Assembly (NCBI RefSeq): GCF_009914755.1
Contig: NC_060939.1
Reading direction: 5' to 3' (one strand)
Source: the human T2T-CHM13v2.0 reference genome, Homo sapiens
DNA: 64,000 bases
Shown: positions 48,697 through 62,790 of the stretch, in pieces
How positions within the stretch are numbered: the stretch's first letter is position 1
How the letters are laid out: the number at the start of each line of letters is the position of its first letter
Made by a program: the position numbers and the translations under genes
Notes under the pieces: generated by a model
What the model was told of the DNA's origin: nothing
Seen by the model: only the letters and a program-made list of their open reading frames with translations
The model's database searches: none

Positions 48697-49061
48697 ATCT
48701 TATTCCATGTAGCGCTGCTATAGTAGAATGCCTGAGACTGAACAATTTGTAAGGAACAGAAATTTATTTCTTACAGTTCTGTTGACTGGGAAGTCTAAGA
48801 TCAAAGTGCTGGCACCTGGTGGAAGTCTAGTCTCTGCTTCAAAGATAGTGCCTTGAATGCTGCATCCTCCTGAGGGGTGGAACCCTGTGTTATCACATGA
48901 CGGAGGAGCAGAAGAGACCACATCCACACCTGCAAGCCCTTCATACAGCAGCTCTAACCTTGACCTAAACACCTCCCGTTAGGCCCCACCTCCCAACCTC
49001 ACTGCTTTGGAGATTAAGTTTCTAACACATGCATTTTGGGGGATACATTTAGACCATAGCC
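48697..49061 (-). mobile_element. MaLR solo LTR (MSTC/D-like)
   Basis: cagaaatttatttcttacagttct...ttaggccccacctcccaac...atttagaccatagc. Confidence 0.85.
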
Positions 49062-49469
49062 AGGGTCCTCTCCAGTCTGGTCTGGTACATTTCTGGATGT
49101 CAATAAATATACTTTGAAAACATAATATGTAATATTTCATAATATATTATTTTAAAAATATCTCATTTGTACCAATATTTAATCTTTTAAATCATGTTCA
49201 AGTGGACTTTCTTTTTCTTAAAAGTTTATTCATATTTGCATTTTTTAAAAGGCTGGGTTCTTATAAATAGACTGATAATACAAAAATACCAATATATTGT
49301 GGTCAATCTTAGAAACCCACAACTCCAATAAAAGTCTTTTAGACTTATCTTCCTCTCCCCTGTGTCCACAAAGTAGAGAATGCAATCCTTCAATTTTCAG
49401 GAGCTCATAGCTTATATCTGTTTTTGGCACCCCTTCCCCAATTCTTCCCAGTATTATATTTCCCTGTGT

Positions 49470-49595
49470 CTTAATCACCTACTTGCACTATAAACCTCTT
49501 AGAGCAGAGGACTGCCGCTTTCTTCCATCTCTAAGCTTGCCCTGTCCCCTGCACCAAGTCTCACACATAGTAGGTACTCAGAAGGTGTTAAGTGG
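49470..49595 (+). mobile_element. L2 3' end fragment
   Basis: cacatagtaggtactcagaaggtgtt. Confidence 0.6.
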
Positions 49596-50059
49596 GATTT
49601 TAGCTGGCTGAAAAAGGAGCACTCGCTCTTGGCTTCCCATTCCTTATATGGGCCACGAAGCCCCTGTCTCCAAGGCCCTTTGTGTCTGTGACATTCTCGG
49701 GCTTATGCTTCTTGTGAACATTTGTGGGATATTAGTCATCTTATGTAGAACAGGATATATCTGTCACTTCTCCTCTGTGAATCCCTCCTTTCAACAAGAT
49801 TTATTTTAAGAACTGTGTGAAAAGAGAAATTTTCATAGGCAACCCTGTGAAAACGCAGTCATTTGTCAACATGTGGAATTAAGTGCCCTGAGTTCCCATC
49901 CAACTGTCCTGGCCCTGCCCACCAGGGGGCCCCTCTAAGGAGGCAGCATCCAGGCAAGGGTCTGAGTTAGCCACAAAGGTGCATCTTAGGGCCCCTCCTG
50001 TTTCCTTGCTCTCCAGTGCTCCTGGCATGGTGAGTTCTCCGTTCTCTTGAACAGTGCAG

Positions 50060-50210
50060 CTGAGGAGTACACGTGAGACCTCATTGAATCCTCAAGGCTG
50101 CCTTAGGAGATCAAAATGACCCTGCTACAGAAAGGGAAACTGAGAGCACACAGCTAGAATGTAGTGGAGCTGGACTTTGAGCTGAGGCCCTTTGCCTCCA
50201 CATCCAAGGC
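50060..50210 (-). mobile_element. MIR fragment
   Basis: ctcattgaatcctca...acagaaagggaaactgag...gtggagctggactttga. Confidence 0.6.
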
Positions 50211-51561
50211 TGTGTCCGTTAGCCTGAGCTGCTGTGAGCAGCAGGGGCCACTGGCTTTCTCTCAAAACAACAAGTTGGTGATCTGCAAGATTTCATTGAG
50301 TTTGGAGCTGACGGAGCCAGATAGCTTTTGGGCAAGAACCAGAGGTCTTTGAGGAGATGCAGGAGGGAAGAGGTTATCACCCAAACCCCAGCTGGGGGCA
50401 AGGCTCCCTGACCCCTGTCCTGCCAAGGGAGGGAGTGTGGCATGTGGCCACTCCATGGGGCAGTGGTGCCCCATTGTCTTTGGCTATTGGCAATCCCTGC
50501 ATAATGGATGGCAACCCTGGGCCTCAGTTTCACTGTCTCTGAACTGAGGTGGGTGAGTTCAATAAGCCCTGCACTTTCCCTGAGATCAGAAGAGGGAAGG
50601 CTCTCTTTTCAAGGCTGGAGTTAGCAGCAAAAGAGTAGAGCGGCTTCCTCCTCCGCGCTCTGGGATGGCACATGTTGGGTGAGAAATGTTGGGGGCTTGA
50701 TTGGGAGCTGCCATGCTCATTGCACACGGCTGCATGCATCAGCTGCGAGGATTCACACCACATCCTCCAGACACCCCCACTGGGAGTTTCTATAGCAACT
50801 TTCTGAGAGGAATTTCCAGGGCTTGCAGATTCTGTCATAGTAACCCAGTGAGGGAAGAAAGCTCAGGGTGTGTGAGTAGGGGGCAAAGGATCCGTGTGTG
50901 CTGAGGTCCCTGTGAGGCCAGGAGGGCAGAGTGGGTGGGCTCTCGGAACAGCCACAGAGCTGAGCAGTCAGGGGCTATGGTCCAGTCTTCTTCCAGCTCC
51001 TTAACAACAGGCAGGTCACAAGTCATCCCTGAAGGTCTCACTTTAGATCATAAAATGTACCTCAAAGATGGTCATGAAGATTAAATGAAAGAGACCTGCA
51101 GACTTCTCATTTATCTTTCCTGAGGATTAGGGCAGGACAAGCTGGGAGTGTGATTCCAGTGGCGGGCTGCCTGTGGGTGTCTGTAGAATAGAAATGAAAT
51201 TATGCAAGCAGATGGCTTGATGAAGAGACAAAAATATGAATATAAAACACTATAGCCATGGAGATGCTAATTTATTTTTACTTTTAATAATGACACAACT
51301 TGGGATATCAAAGGTGTCTTCTTGCTTTTAGATATATTCAGCCCTCAAAATAAAATCTTTCAACAGAACACAGCTCCAAATCACACAAAAACATTCTGAA
51401 TTGGAGGATCAGCATGCCTGCCTGTTAATATGCAAGCACTGAGCATGAGCAGTTTATCCCAACAGTGAATCCACACTGCAGATATACTACACACACAGCA
51501 TTCTAGGGAATGGAGAAATGAAATGCACAAAGAGCTCTGCCCTTGAATTGGTAGTGACTAG

Positions 51562-52129
51562 TGAAACAGTCCTTACAAATGTTATACAATTAATCAAGAA
51601 AAAAGGGGGGAGAAACAGCTCAGCATTAATCACTAGGTCAGCTTGTTCTCTGACCTGCTTCCTCATAGCTGTTTTCCGTCTGTTGCCCTAGAATCATGTA
51701 GATTCTAGATTATAGGTCCCTGTAACTGCTCTGTAGATAACAGCCTGGGCATTGTGAAACATTAAGTTTTCCATCTGAGATATTCTTTCAGGTCTTGCAA
51801 ACCAATGAAACTACTGACTCAGCTTGTCCAAAGGGCCCCATGAGAAGATGACTCACCAAAGAATGCAGTTTCCCACATCTTAATGATTTCATCCCCTTTA
51901 CCTGGCCAATCAGTGACCCAATTTTCCAGCCCCTTGCCCTCCACAATGATTCTTTTAAAAATCCCTGTCTAGACCTCCTTGGGGAGATGGATTTGAGGGT
52001 CCCTCCCATCTTCTCACTCAGCTATCCTATCAATCATCATTAAGCTCTTTCTCTGCTGCAAACCCTGCTGTCTCAGTGTATTGGTCTGCACATGCACAAT
52101 GGACTAAGAAACCTGTTGGTCCTGTAACA
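51562..52129 (+). mobile_element. ERV1 solo LTR (LTR26/LTR8-like)
   Basis: tgaaac...gtaaca termini; ctctttctctgctgcaaaccctgctgtctcagtg U5-like motif. Confidence 0.8.
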
Positions 52130-52969
52130 ATAACAGGGGAGATGAGACAGATTAACCATTGCAGGGATAGCTAGATATATTTAAAGGAATATAGAAATGC
52201 CTCTGGTGGCAACATCCAGCTGGGTCTCCAGTGTAGCAGAGCTAAGGCTAAAGCCAGGCTCTGGGGGAGGGTGAATCACAGCAGAAACGTGAAAGTGCAG
52301 GAGGGTGCAGATGGGGGTGAAGCTGCAGGCTCATCCCATTCTGCTTATGCCCCTCAAAGCAATCACGAGTAAGCCCCTAACCTGCAGGCCTCGGGTGTTT
52401 TCTCTAGCAAACAGTAGAAATACCTCCTCTTTAAGCCCATATGGGGATAATTTACTTCAAGAAGTCATCTCTGTTCCTGGCATACAAAAAAGCACTTAAC
52501 AGATTATAAGACAAACAATAAAAAAGTAAAAGCCATGCAAGTTGAAAATGAATTTAGAATCCTGCCTTACACTGTGTAGGGACAACAGTATCTGTGAGTG
52601 TGGGGGATGATTGGATGACTAGACCACTTTGGGACATTTTTCTAAAAATTCTCTGGTGAAACTTAATTTGTCCACTCACTCTCAGCCACACCATGCACTG
52701 CTCTGCCCTAGGACAGCCAGTGGAATGCACTTGGAGCCCTTCCTCAGGACCAATGTTGAGGCAAGCCTTCTTGCTCACAGTCAGGGGTGCTAAGTAAGTG
52801 ATCCAAGCTTTGCAGAGAGATGTCTTTAGTGTTTTCAGCACAGTGTGGATCATTCATACTGCTAGGCATTAGGGAGGATACAAGAAGATGTGTTCTGCCT
52901 TCAGGGAGTTGGGATAGGATCAGAAAAGGAGTGTGTTGAACAGAGGAGCTGCAGAGCTCACATGATCCT

Positions 52970-54235
52970 GTGGGTGGGACAGACACCGTGGAGGAGGCCA
53001 GCCCTGTTGCTGTCCCACCCAGACTCCTTGGAATCCCATTGGTCAGCACTGGGCCTCTCCAAAGCTTACTTTTGTCCCTGATAGCAGGAACCTGTGATGC
53101 TTCTTCACATGACTTTCCCCAGGCTACTCTGCTCCTATATTCAGAGGACATCCCCCATGACAACCCTCAGCTTAGGAAGCTTGAAAGGGAGTCTACATGG
53201 GATGTTTCTGAGATATAATTTATACCCAGACTTTATCCACGGGGTGCATATCATGGCAGGCATAAGGATGACTGCAATTGGGGTTTGCAGTAGGGGAGAG
53301 AGATGGGGCTTATCTCTGAATGCAAAAGGAAACGGGGGAATTTATGGCCAGGGAGCATGGTAGGGATCAGAGGGTAGAAAATTACTAAGAGGTAATCAGG
53401 GCTAAGGAGGTTTTTTGTTGTTGTTGTTGTCATTGCTGTTTTTGTTTTGTTTTGTTTTTTTGCTAAAGTGACCTCACAGGATTCTTGCTGAAGCCAGGCC
53501 AAGGTGATCAGACATCACCTGAGGGATGGTGGAAGAGGAAGAACCTGATCAGATATCAAGGATGATCAGATATCGACGGTGGCATGTTCTGGCTAAACCA
53601 ATTAAGAAGGATTCTTGCTAACACTGGACAATGCAAAGATGGACTCAGACATACACACGTCAGAGCCTAGTTGAGAAGAGAATTTAAGAAGCCTGGCTAG
53701 AGTTAGGTCACACTCTGAGATCAATCTGAGGCTACTTATTCTGGGACTTTGCTTGAAATTTTACCCTGTTCAGCCCCTTCTCATTCCTTGCCCTGCTTCC
53801 TCATCTTGGTTTCTTCTGGTGGCATTTCCACCACAAATAACTCATAGAAATCTTCACCTCAGAGTCTGCTCCTGAGGAATGCAACTTGAGACAGTTGGTA
53901 TGGAAGTAGTCCTGGGAGCTCATCACCAATGACAGGAGCATGTGAATAGTTGTGGTTTATCTGGGGTAAATAGGGACAAGGTACAATTAGAAAAAGATGC
54001 AGTGGCTTGTGCAATAACTCTGGTGTGTAGGACATGTGGTGAAATAGTCACTAGAAGGATGTAAAATTGGTTGATGCTATGGATGTGTTGAGGAAATAAC
54101 AAACTTAAGTGAGCCAATTACTGATTTAAGGCACAGTGGTAGGTCCAGTTGCAGCTGGCTGGATATGCTGTCTTTACAAGGGTATTCAATGTAGTTTCTA
54201 GTATGTGGCATGCAGCTTTTGATCTGGTAGATGCA
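52970..54235 (+). mobile_element. ERVL LTR16-like LTR and short internal remnant, interrupted by MER31
   Basis: LTR end ctcagagtctgctcctgaggaatgcaacttgagaca, then gttggt...; RT-like gcagcttttgatctggtagatgc. Confidence 0.55.
53210..53710 (-). mobile_element. MER31-like ERV1 LTR
   Basis: Repeated tgatcagatatc; ggattcttgctgaag; aaaattactaagagg. Confidence 0.8.
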
Positions 54236-55029
54236 TTTTTTATTAGACTTTAGAGCAATTTTAGTTTCAAAGCAAAATTGAAGGGAAAACACAGAGGTTT
54301 CCCACATACTCCCTGCCCATCTATATATAACCTTCTCCACTATTAACATAACCCACCAGAGTGCCAATTGGAGTGAAATATAGAAGCCTCACATTCCTTT
54401 TAGTCCCTTTATCTTCTACTGTGTATAACATAGTTGTCTTAAATATTTTCTATAATAGATTTAAAACCACATAAGATAGTGTTATAGAGGGTGTTATAAT
54501 TTTTGCTTTGGCTGTCAAACATAATTTAGAAAACTCAATAGGAGAAAGAAAATGTATTATATTTATCTATTTTTAAAATTCTTTCCACTGTTCTTTCTCC
54601 CTTTCTCATGTTCCCAGTTTCCTCCTTTTATCATTTCTTTCTGTTTAGAGAACTTGGTTTAGCCATCTAATATACTTCGGATATTTGTCCCCACCCAAGT
54701 CCCATGTTTAAATGTAATCCCCAATGTTAAAAGTGGGGCCTGGTGGGAAGTGTTTGTATCATGAGGACAGATCCCTCATGAATGACTTGGGCCATCCCCT
54801 TGATGATAGATGAGCTCTTGCTCTGAGTTCACATGAGATCTGGTTGTTTAAAAGTTTGTGGCACTCCCCTCAAATCTCTCTCCCTCCTGCTTTTGCCATG
54901 TGAAGTGCCTGCTCCCATTTTGCCTTCTGCCATGAGTAAAAGCTTCCCTCCTCAGAAGAATGTTCTAGTATTTTGTTTCCTATATAGCCTGCATGTGATC
55001 CAACTAAATCTTTTTGTCTTATAAATTAC

Positions 55030-55385
55030 TGTATTAGCCTGTTTTCACACTGCTGTAAATAATGACCTGAGACTGGATAATTTATAAAGGAAAGAGGTTT
55101 AATTAACTCATAGTTCTGTATGTCTGGGAGGCCTCAGGAAACTTACAATCATGGTGGAAGGGGAAGGGGAAGCAAAGCATGTCTTACATGGCAGCAGAAG
55201 AGGTGGGGTACTGCCAAACACTTTTAAACCATCAGATCTCATGAGAACACACTCAATATCACAAGAACAGCATGGGGGAAACCACCCCCATGATACAATC
55301 ACCTCTCACCAGGTCCCTCCCTCAACACATGGGGATTACGATTCGAGATAAGATTTGAGTGGGGACACAGAGCCAAACTATATCA
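55030..55385 (-). mobile_element. THE1D-like solo LTR nested in the 5' MST LTR
   Basis: tgtattag...tatatca ends; perfect 5-bp TSD attac at 55025-55029 and 55386-55390. Confidence 0.92.
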
Positions 55386-56412
55386 ATTACCCAGTCTCAG
55401 GTATTCCTCTGTAGTGATGCAAGAACAGCTTAACAGAAAATTGGTACTGAGGGGTGGGGCATTGCTATAAAGATATCTGAAAATGTGAAAGCAACTTTGA
55501 AACTGGGTAATAGGTAGAGGACGGAAGAGTTTGGAGGGCTCAGAAGAAGACAGGAAGATGAGAGAGAATTTAGAACTTCTTAGAGACTGGCTAAATGGTT
55601 GCAACCAAGATGCTAATAGAATTATGAACAGTGAAGTCCAGGCTGCAAAGGTCTCAGATGGGAATAAGGAACTTACTGGAAAATGGAGCAAAGGTCATGC
55701 ATATTATGCCTTAGCAAAGAGCTTGGCTGCATTCTGTTTACATCCTGGGGATCAGTGGAAGTTTGAACTTGAGAATGATGACCTAGGGTATCTGGTGGAA
55801 GAAATTTCTAAGCAGCACAGCATTCAAATGTGGCCTGGCTGCTTCTAACAACCTATGCTCAGATGTGGGAGCAAATGAATGACTTAAAATTGCAACTTAT
55901 ATTTAGAAGAGATGCAGAGTATAAAAGTTTGGAAAATCTGCAGCCTGGCCATGTGATAGAGGAAGAAAAAGCTTTTTTAGGACAGGAATTCAAACAGTCT
56001 GCAGAACAACACTTACTAGAGATATTTGAATAATCAAAAGGAGGCAAGTGGTAAGCGCTGACAGTCAAGACAATGGAAAAAAGTCCTGGTAGGCATTTAA
56101 GAAGTCTCTGGGGCAGCCCCTCCCATCATAGGCTCAGAGGCCTAGGAAGGAAGAATGATTTCACGGGCCAGGACCCCTACTGTCCGCACAGCCTTGGAGC
56201 ACTGCTCCCTGAATCCTGGCTGCTTTGGCTCCAGCACCAGCTGTGGCTCAAGGAGGCCCAGGTATGGCTCAGGCTGCCATTTTGGAGAATGCAAGCCACA
56301 AGCCTTGGTGGCTTCCATGTGGTGTTAAGCCTGCAGGTGCACAGAGTGCAAGAGTGGTGGATTCTTGGAAGCCACCACCTAGATTTCAGAGGATGTATGG
56401 AAAAGCCTGAGT

Positions 56413-56711
56413 GGGCTGGGCATGGTGGCTCACACCTGTAATCCTAGCATTTTGGGAGGGCGAGGCCGATCGATCACGAGGTCAGGAGTTTGAGACCGGC
56501 CTGGCCAACATAGTGAAACCCCGTCTCTACTAAAAATACAAAAAAAAATTAGCTGGGCATGGTGATGTGCACCTGTAATCCCAGCTACTTGGGAGGCTGA
56601 GGCAGGAGAATCATGTGAACCTAGGAGGTGGAGATTTCAGTGAGCCGAGATCACGGCATTGCACTCCAGCCCAGGGGACAGTGCAGGACTCGGTAAAAAA
56701 AAAAAAACAAT
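56413..56711 (+). mobile_element. Alu SINE (AluSg-like) in the MaLR internal region
   Basis: TSD aaaagcctg(a/t)gtg. Confidence 0.95.
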
Positions 56712-58147
56712 AAAAGCCTGTGTGTCCAAGCAGAAGCCTGCTATAGGGGTGGAGCCCTCACAGAGAACCTCTACTAGGGCAGTACGGAGGGGAAATGTGG
56801 GGTTGGAGGCCTCACACAGAATCCCCACTGCAGCATTGCCTAGTGGAGCTGTGAGAAGGGGACACCATGCTCCAGATCTGAGAATAGTAGATCCACTGAC
56901 AGTTTGTACCTTGCACCTGGAAAAGCCACAGGCACTCAACAAGCTTTGAGAGCAACCTTGGGGACTGAAACCTGCAAAGCCACAAAAGTAGAGCTGCCCA
57001 AGACCTTGGGAGCCCACTCCTTGCACCAGTGTGCCCTGGAGGTGGCACTATTTTGGAGCTTTAAGATTTAATCACTGCCGTGATGGGTTTTGGACCTGCT
57101 TGGGGCCTGTAGCTCCTTTCTTTTGGCCAATTTCTCCCTTTTGGAGTGGGAATGTTTACCCAATGCCTATTTACACATTGTATCTTGGAAGTAAATAAAT
57201 TGCCTTTGATTTTGTGGGCTCATATATGGAAGGGAATTGCCTCATCTCAGGTGAGACTTTGGACTTTAGACTTTTGAATTAGTGCCAGAATGAGTTAAGA
57301 CTTTGGGGGACTGTTGGGAAGGCATAATTGCATTTTGCAAAGTGAGGACATGGGATTTGTGGAAAGGCCAGGAGTAGAATGATGTAGTTTGGATATTTGT
57401 CCCTGCCCAAATCTCATGTTGAAATGTAATCCCCAATGTTGGAGGTGGAGCCTGGTGGGAAGAAGTTTTTGGATCGTGGAGGCAGATCCCTCATGAATAG
57501 CTTGAGCCATCCCCTTGGTGATAAGTGAGCTCTCACTCTGAGTTCATATGAGATCTGGTCATTTAAAAGTGTGTGGCCCTCCCAACTCCCTCTCTCACTC
57601 CTGCTTTTGCCATGTGAAGTGCCTGCTCCCACTTTGCCTTCTGCCATGAGGCCTCCCCAGAAGCAGATGCCAGCACTGTGTTTCCTGTATATCCTGCATA
57701 AATGTGATCCAGTTAAACTGCTTTCTTATAAATTACCCAATCTCAGGTGTTACTTTACAGCAATGCAAGAATGGCCTAAGACAACATCCTTTTAGGGTAA
57801 GTTTACTTTTGAAAAATTATCTTAATTTTTCTTCATCTGAGAACATCTTGATTTTCCTCTTATATCAGAAAGCTATTTTCACTGGATATAGAATTCTGAA
57901 TAAACTATTTCTTTTGTTTGTTTGTTTGTTTTTAGCACTTGAAAAATCTTTTACCATTTCTTTCTGGCCTCCAATATTTCTGATAAGAAATTGACAATAA
58001 TTCAAATTGTTTTTCTCCTATGGGTAATGTGTTATTTCTCTCTGGCTGCTTTCAATATTTTTTTTCTTTCTTTTTAGTTTTTAGAAGTTTGGCTATGATG
58101 CATCTTGATGTGTACTTCTCTGCGTGTCTTGTTTAGGGCTGGCTCAA

Positions 58148-58563
58148 AGCTACAGTTTGGTTTGTTTGATCCTCCAGAGCTCATTTGAAATCTGATCCCC
58201 AGTGTTGCAGGTGGGGCCTAGTGGGGGACTCATGGGGGAAGATCCCTCATGAATGACTTGGTGCCATCCTTGTGGTAGTGAGTGAATTCTCACTCTATTA
58301 GTTCCCATGAGAGCTGGTTGTTAAAAGGAGCCTGGCCCCACCCTTTATCTCTTTCTCATTTACTCACTTACCATGTGATCTCTGCACATACAGCTCCCCT
58401 TTTTCTTTCACCAGGAATGGAAGCAGCCTGAGAGTCTCACCAGGAGCAGATGCTGATGGCATGCTTCTTCTACAGCCTGCAGAACCATGAGCCAAATAGA
58501 TCCCTTTTTCTTTATAAATCACCAAGCCTTCCATATTTCTTTATGGCAACACAGACTAAGACA
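58148..58563 (+). mobile_element. MaLR solo LTR (MSTB1/2-like)
   Basis: gctacagtttgg...gatccctcatgaatgacttggtgcc...cagactaagaca. Confidence 0.88.
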
Positions 58564-58987
58564 TGTACCTTCTTGAATCCTTTGGTTTATGGAAATTCTC
58601 AGCCATAATTCTTTGTGTTTTCAGCTTTCTCATATTCCTGCTCTTCTTTCAGGACTGTGATGACACACTCTTAGATTTTTGTTATAGTCCCACAAGTCCA
58701 TGAGGCTATACTCATTTTTTAATAGTCTGTTTTCTCTGTCATTCAGGTAATTTCCATTGTTCCACCTTCAAGTTCACTGATTCTTTCCTCTATCTACTTG
58801 TACTTGCTGTTGAGTCCATCCATTGATTTTTCTAAATTTTGTCTATTTTAGTTTTGTGTTCTAAAATTTCCATTTGGTTTTCCTTTCTATCTTTTACTTT
58901 TTTGCTAAGGCTTTCTAATTCTTTTTTCTTTTGTCCCATTGTATTGTAATTGCTCAGTGAAGAATATTTATTATGCCTGCATTAAAA

Positions 58988-59294
<307 letters not shown>

Positions 59295-60817
59295 TAAAAT
59301 TTTGTCAGATAATCCTAACATCTCTGTCATCCAACTGTTGGTATTTACTGATTTTTTAAAACTCAAGTTTATGTTTTCCTGATTCTTGCATATAACTAGG
59401 GACTATTTTTATTGAAAACTGGATATGTGCAGTATTATGATAGTCTTGGTATTATTTAGGTCTTCTCTTTCAGATGGTTGCTTCTGACATCACTCTGGTG
59501 GAGGAAGTTAGACCTTTGCCTTGCAGCAGCTGGTGGATGTAGAAGTCCAGGTCCCTCACTCAACCTCCATGAACACCCAAGAGACTCCCCATTACTGCTG
59601 AGTGGAGTGGGGTTTCTGACTCTCTGACAGGCCTCCACTAAAATCACCCTGGCTGGTCAGAATAAGAATGCCTCTCATTCCCCACATGACCTGTGCCGAC
59701 ACCACCGAGAAGTGGCTTTATGATGCCCAGGTGGTAATGAAAGTTTTGGCTCCCAAGCAAGTCTCTTTTACATCACCTTAGGGTGGAGGAAGGGCACCTC
59801 CTCACTGTCAGAGGAGAGTGGAAGTTCAGACTTCCCATGGGGCCTCCATGGGGCCTCCACTGACACCACAAAGGGAGAGGGACTATCGCCTCCTGGAGAT
59901 GAAAATTCCAGCTCTTGACTTGACTATCTCTGATACCACCCTGATGTTGGGGAGGAGGATTGGGGCACCTGATTGCAGCTTGGTGAGAGTAGATCTGTAG
60001 GCTCCCTGCCACCCCTCACTAGTGTGGATATGGGTGAGGCCACAGTTTCTTTTGTGGTGTATGGTGGAAGTTGAATAATGACTGTTTTAACATTTTCTAC
60101 CTTGCTAGGTTGAACCTTTCCTGACCTTTAACTAAAGAGAGAAGTCTTTTGTTGTGTTGTGTTGTTTGCTTGTTTTCTTGTTTGTTTGTTTTTCTTTTTT
60201 CCCCCTTTTCACCCATGGTCTGTGAGTTGTCAGCTTCTCTAGCTTTAAGCCTTGGATATGTGAAATGGAAAGAAATCCCAGAGAACATATCGCCATGTGT
60301 TCTTTTGGTCCTGGGGTTTCTAATATGTCTGTTGCTTTCCACCTTTCAGAGCCAGGGATTTTAGTTGGACTTAGTCGGAGGAATTGGGAAAAGTACATCG
60401 ATTCCACTTTCCCAGAGGTGGAAGTCCCAAGCACATCTTTATGAAATATTTTATCTAGCTTTTATAATTATGTTTAAGGGTATTGATCAGAATTACATAG
60501 TCTACTTGCAACCATTGCTGTTTTCACATAGCTTCATATTTTTGTCTTTTTTATCATTTTAGAAATATGGGATGGAAGAAGGAGTATAGCATTTGGCCAG
60601 TAACCTTTTAAAGGAAGCCTTTGTTAAGCACATGCTGAATGGCAGTGAAGTCCAACAGTGACAAGGGAAAAAACCACTGCAGCCAGGGATATGCAGTCTA
60701 GGGAGTGGCTACTGCCCACAGTTAGGGTAACAATGGAAAATGCTAACTTCTTTCTGAGCAGCTTTCACTCAGAAATGACACCCAACCAATTCTTGTGGGC
60801 AAGAAAGATTTTCTCAG

Positions 60818-61148
60818 GTTTATTAGTCGTAGATCTCCAGAGAAACAGAACCAATAGGAGATATCTATATCTCTATATTAATATATCTGTAGGTATACAT
60901 ATATCTCTATATCTATGTCTCCCTCTATCTACCTATCGATGTATTGTAAGGAATTGACTCACATGATTATGGAGGCTGAGAAGTCCCCGGATCTGCAGTT
61001 GACAAGGTGGAGACCCAGGAGAGCCAATAATATAGCTCCAATTTGAGTCTGAAGGCCTGAGAACCAATGGCGGGCCAATGACGTAAGTTCTAATCTGAAA
61101 GCCAGCAGGTTTGAAATCCAAAAAGTCAATGTCTCAGTTCAAGTCTAG
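60818..61148 (-). mobile_element. ERVL LTR (MLT2-like), partial
   Basis: tctccagagaaacagaaccaatagga...aaggaattgactcacatgattatggaggctgagaagtcc. Confidence 0.85.
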
Positions 61149-61149
61149 T

Positions 61150-62405
61150 TGATGGCCAATTGATTATTTTATGAAATCATGATGAGAAACCAATGGAGAA
61201 AGGCATCTATAATCAATTGTAGACCAAGGTGGCATAGAACAGTGGAGAAAGAATATGAAATGCTGACTCATTTAATATTCATGTGGAAAAAATTAATCTT
61301 TACCATCACCTCACATTGTACAGAAAAGTCAATCTCAAACGGACTTAGACCTAATTGTGAAAGGTAAGACAATAAGGCTTCTAAAGTAGCACAGAGTATA
61401 TTCCTGACTCTACGGTGAGCAAATCTTTCTTTAAAAAGACACCACAAAGGAAACTACTTTAAAATTTTACTTTATTAAAACCAAGAATTTCTATTCCATA
61501 AAAACAAAACTATATGAGGCAGAAAAAAACGGCATATGAGAAGATGTTTGCAATACACACCTGAGAAGAACCTAAAAATTCTAAAGCACTTTTACAGATT
61601 AATCAGAAAAAAAAAACCAACCCAATTTAAAAAATAGGCAATTGTCTTGAATATTTTATTTTTAAAAAATTTCATCCAAGTGCCCTCAAAACATATGAAA
61701 AGGTCATCAGTGTTATATAGTCATCAGGGAAATTCAAACTGAAACCAGCAGCTACCATTCCGTCCTCCATTCCCAAGTGGTCCAGTGTTAATGAGATTAA
61801 GGAGCAACAGAAACTCTCATACATGCATTTGGGAATATTACTCTTTGGCAGTGTCCACTAGACTTAACAAGGTAATAACATTTGTAGGTATATATACCCC
61901 ATGCAAATGCACTAAAAGATGTTTATACAAATGCTAATAGCAGCATTATTCATAATAACCCCAAACTGGAAACAAGCCAAATATTTATCAATGGTAGGAT
62001 AAGTAAATATGTTCTGACAAAATCACAATAAAATACTTTAAATCCCTGAAAAATAATAAACAACTTCAGTGTACAACTACATGGATGAATCTCCCAAGCC
62101 TAATGTTTGTCACAAAATGCCAGACGCAAGAGTATGATGTATATAATTCTATTTATGTAAGGTTCAAAATAGATAGGAGTAATCTATGTCGATAGATGTT
62201 ATAGCAGTGGATACCTTTTTTAGGATGGGTTTGACACGGGATGAGGGTGCCAGAAGGGCTCCTGAAGTGTTGGTAATGTTTTATTTCTATAAATGGGTGT
62301 TGATTACATGAATATATTCAGTTTGTGAACATTATTTGAGGTAAAATAGAATTTGTATGCCTTTCCGCATGTATGTTATTCTGCAATAAAAATTTATTTA
62401 AAATG
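61150..62405 (+). mobile_element. Old L1ME 3' portion
   Basis: gcagcattattcataataaccccaaactggaaacaa; acatggatgaatctc; terminal caataaaa. Confidence 0.75.
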
Positions 62406-62764
62406 TTTTGTATTCTTATTTTTTCAAGTACAAAAATTGTATGAATTGCATATTAAAAGCTCTCTTCCCCACCTCCCCGCCTACCACACATCATGCCCTA
62501 GAAAATGCCAACTCTTTGCAGGATTCAAAGAAATACAGTGGTGGTTCTGGATTCACAGTTCAGCTTTCTTCTGGTGCTTGCACTTCCACTAGAGGATACA
62601 GGGATACTCCACATTTAAACATGAAATAAAGAACCCAGTGAGGCTGGGGAATTGCCAGAGAAGTGTTCGTCAGTGACTTACAGGGTGGTATTTACCTCAA
62701 CACACTTACTTCGGAATCTCAAAACCTCACAGGTAAATGTTTACCCTCAAGGCTTTAATAAGCG

Positions 62765-62790
62765 TTGTTGTTGTTGTTGTTGTTGTTGTT
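62765..62790. repeat. (GTT)n microsatellite
   Basis: About eight to nine GTT units. Confidence 0.9.

Larger units (their letters stand above)
54668..57783 (+). mobile_element. Full-length MaLR provirus (MSTB-like LTR-int-LTR)
   Basis: 5' LTR at 54668-55435, internal region at 55436-57379, 3' LTR at 57380-57783; near-TSD ccatc/acatc. Confidence 0.92.

Noticed and set aside
55531-55848. 105-aa MaLR internal ORF
   Set aside because: A short remnant of the known decayed MaLR ORF, with downstream stops and frameshifts
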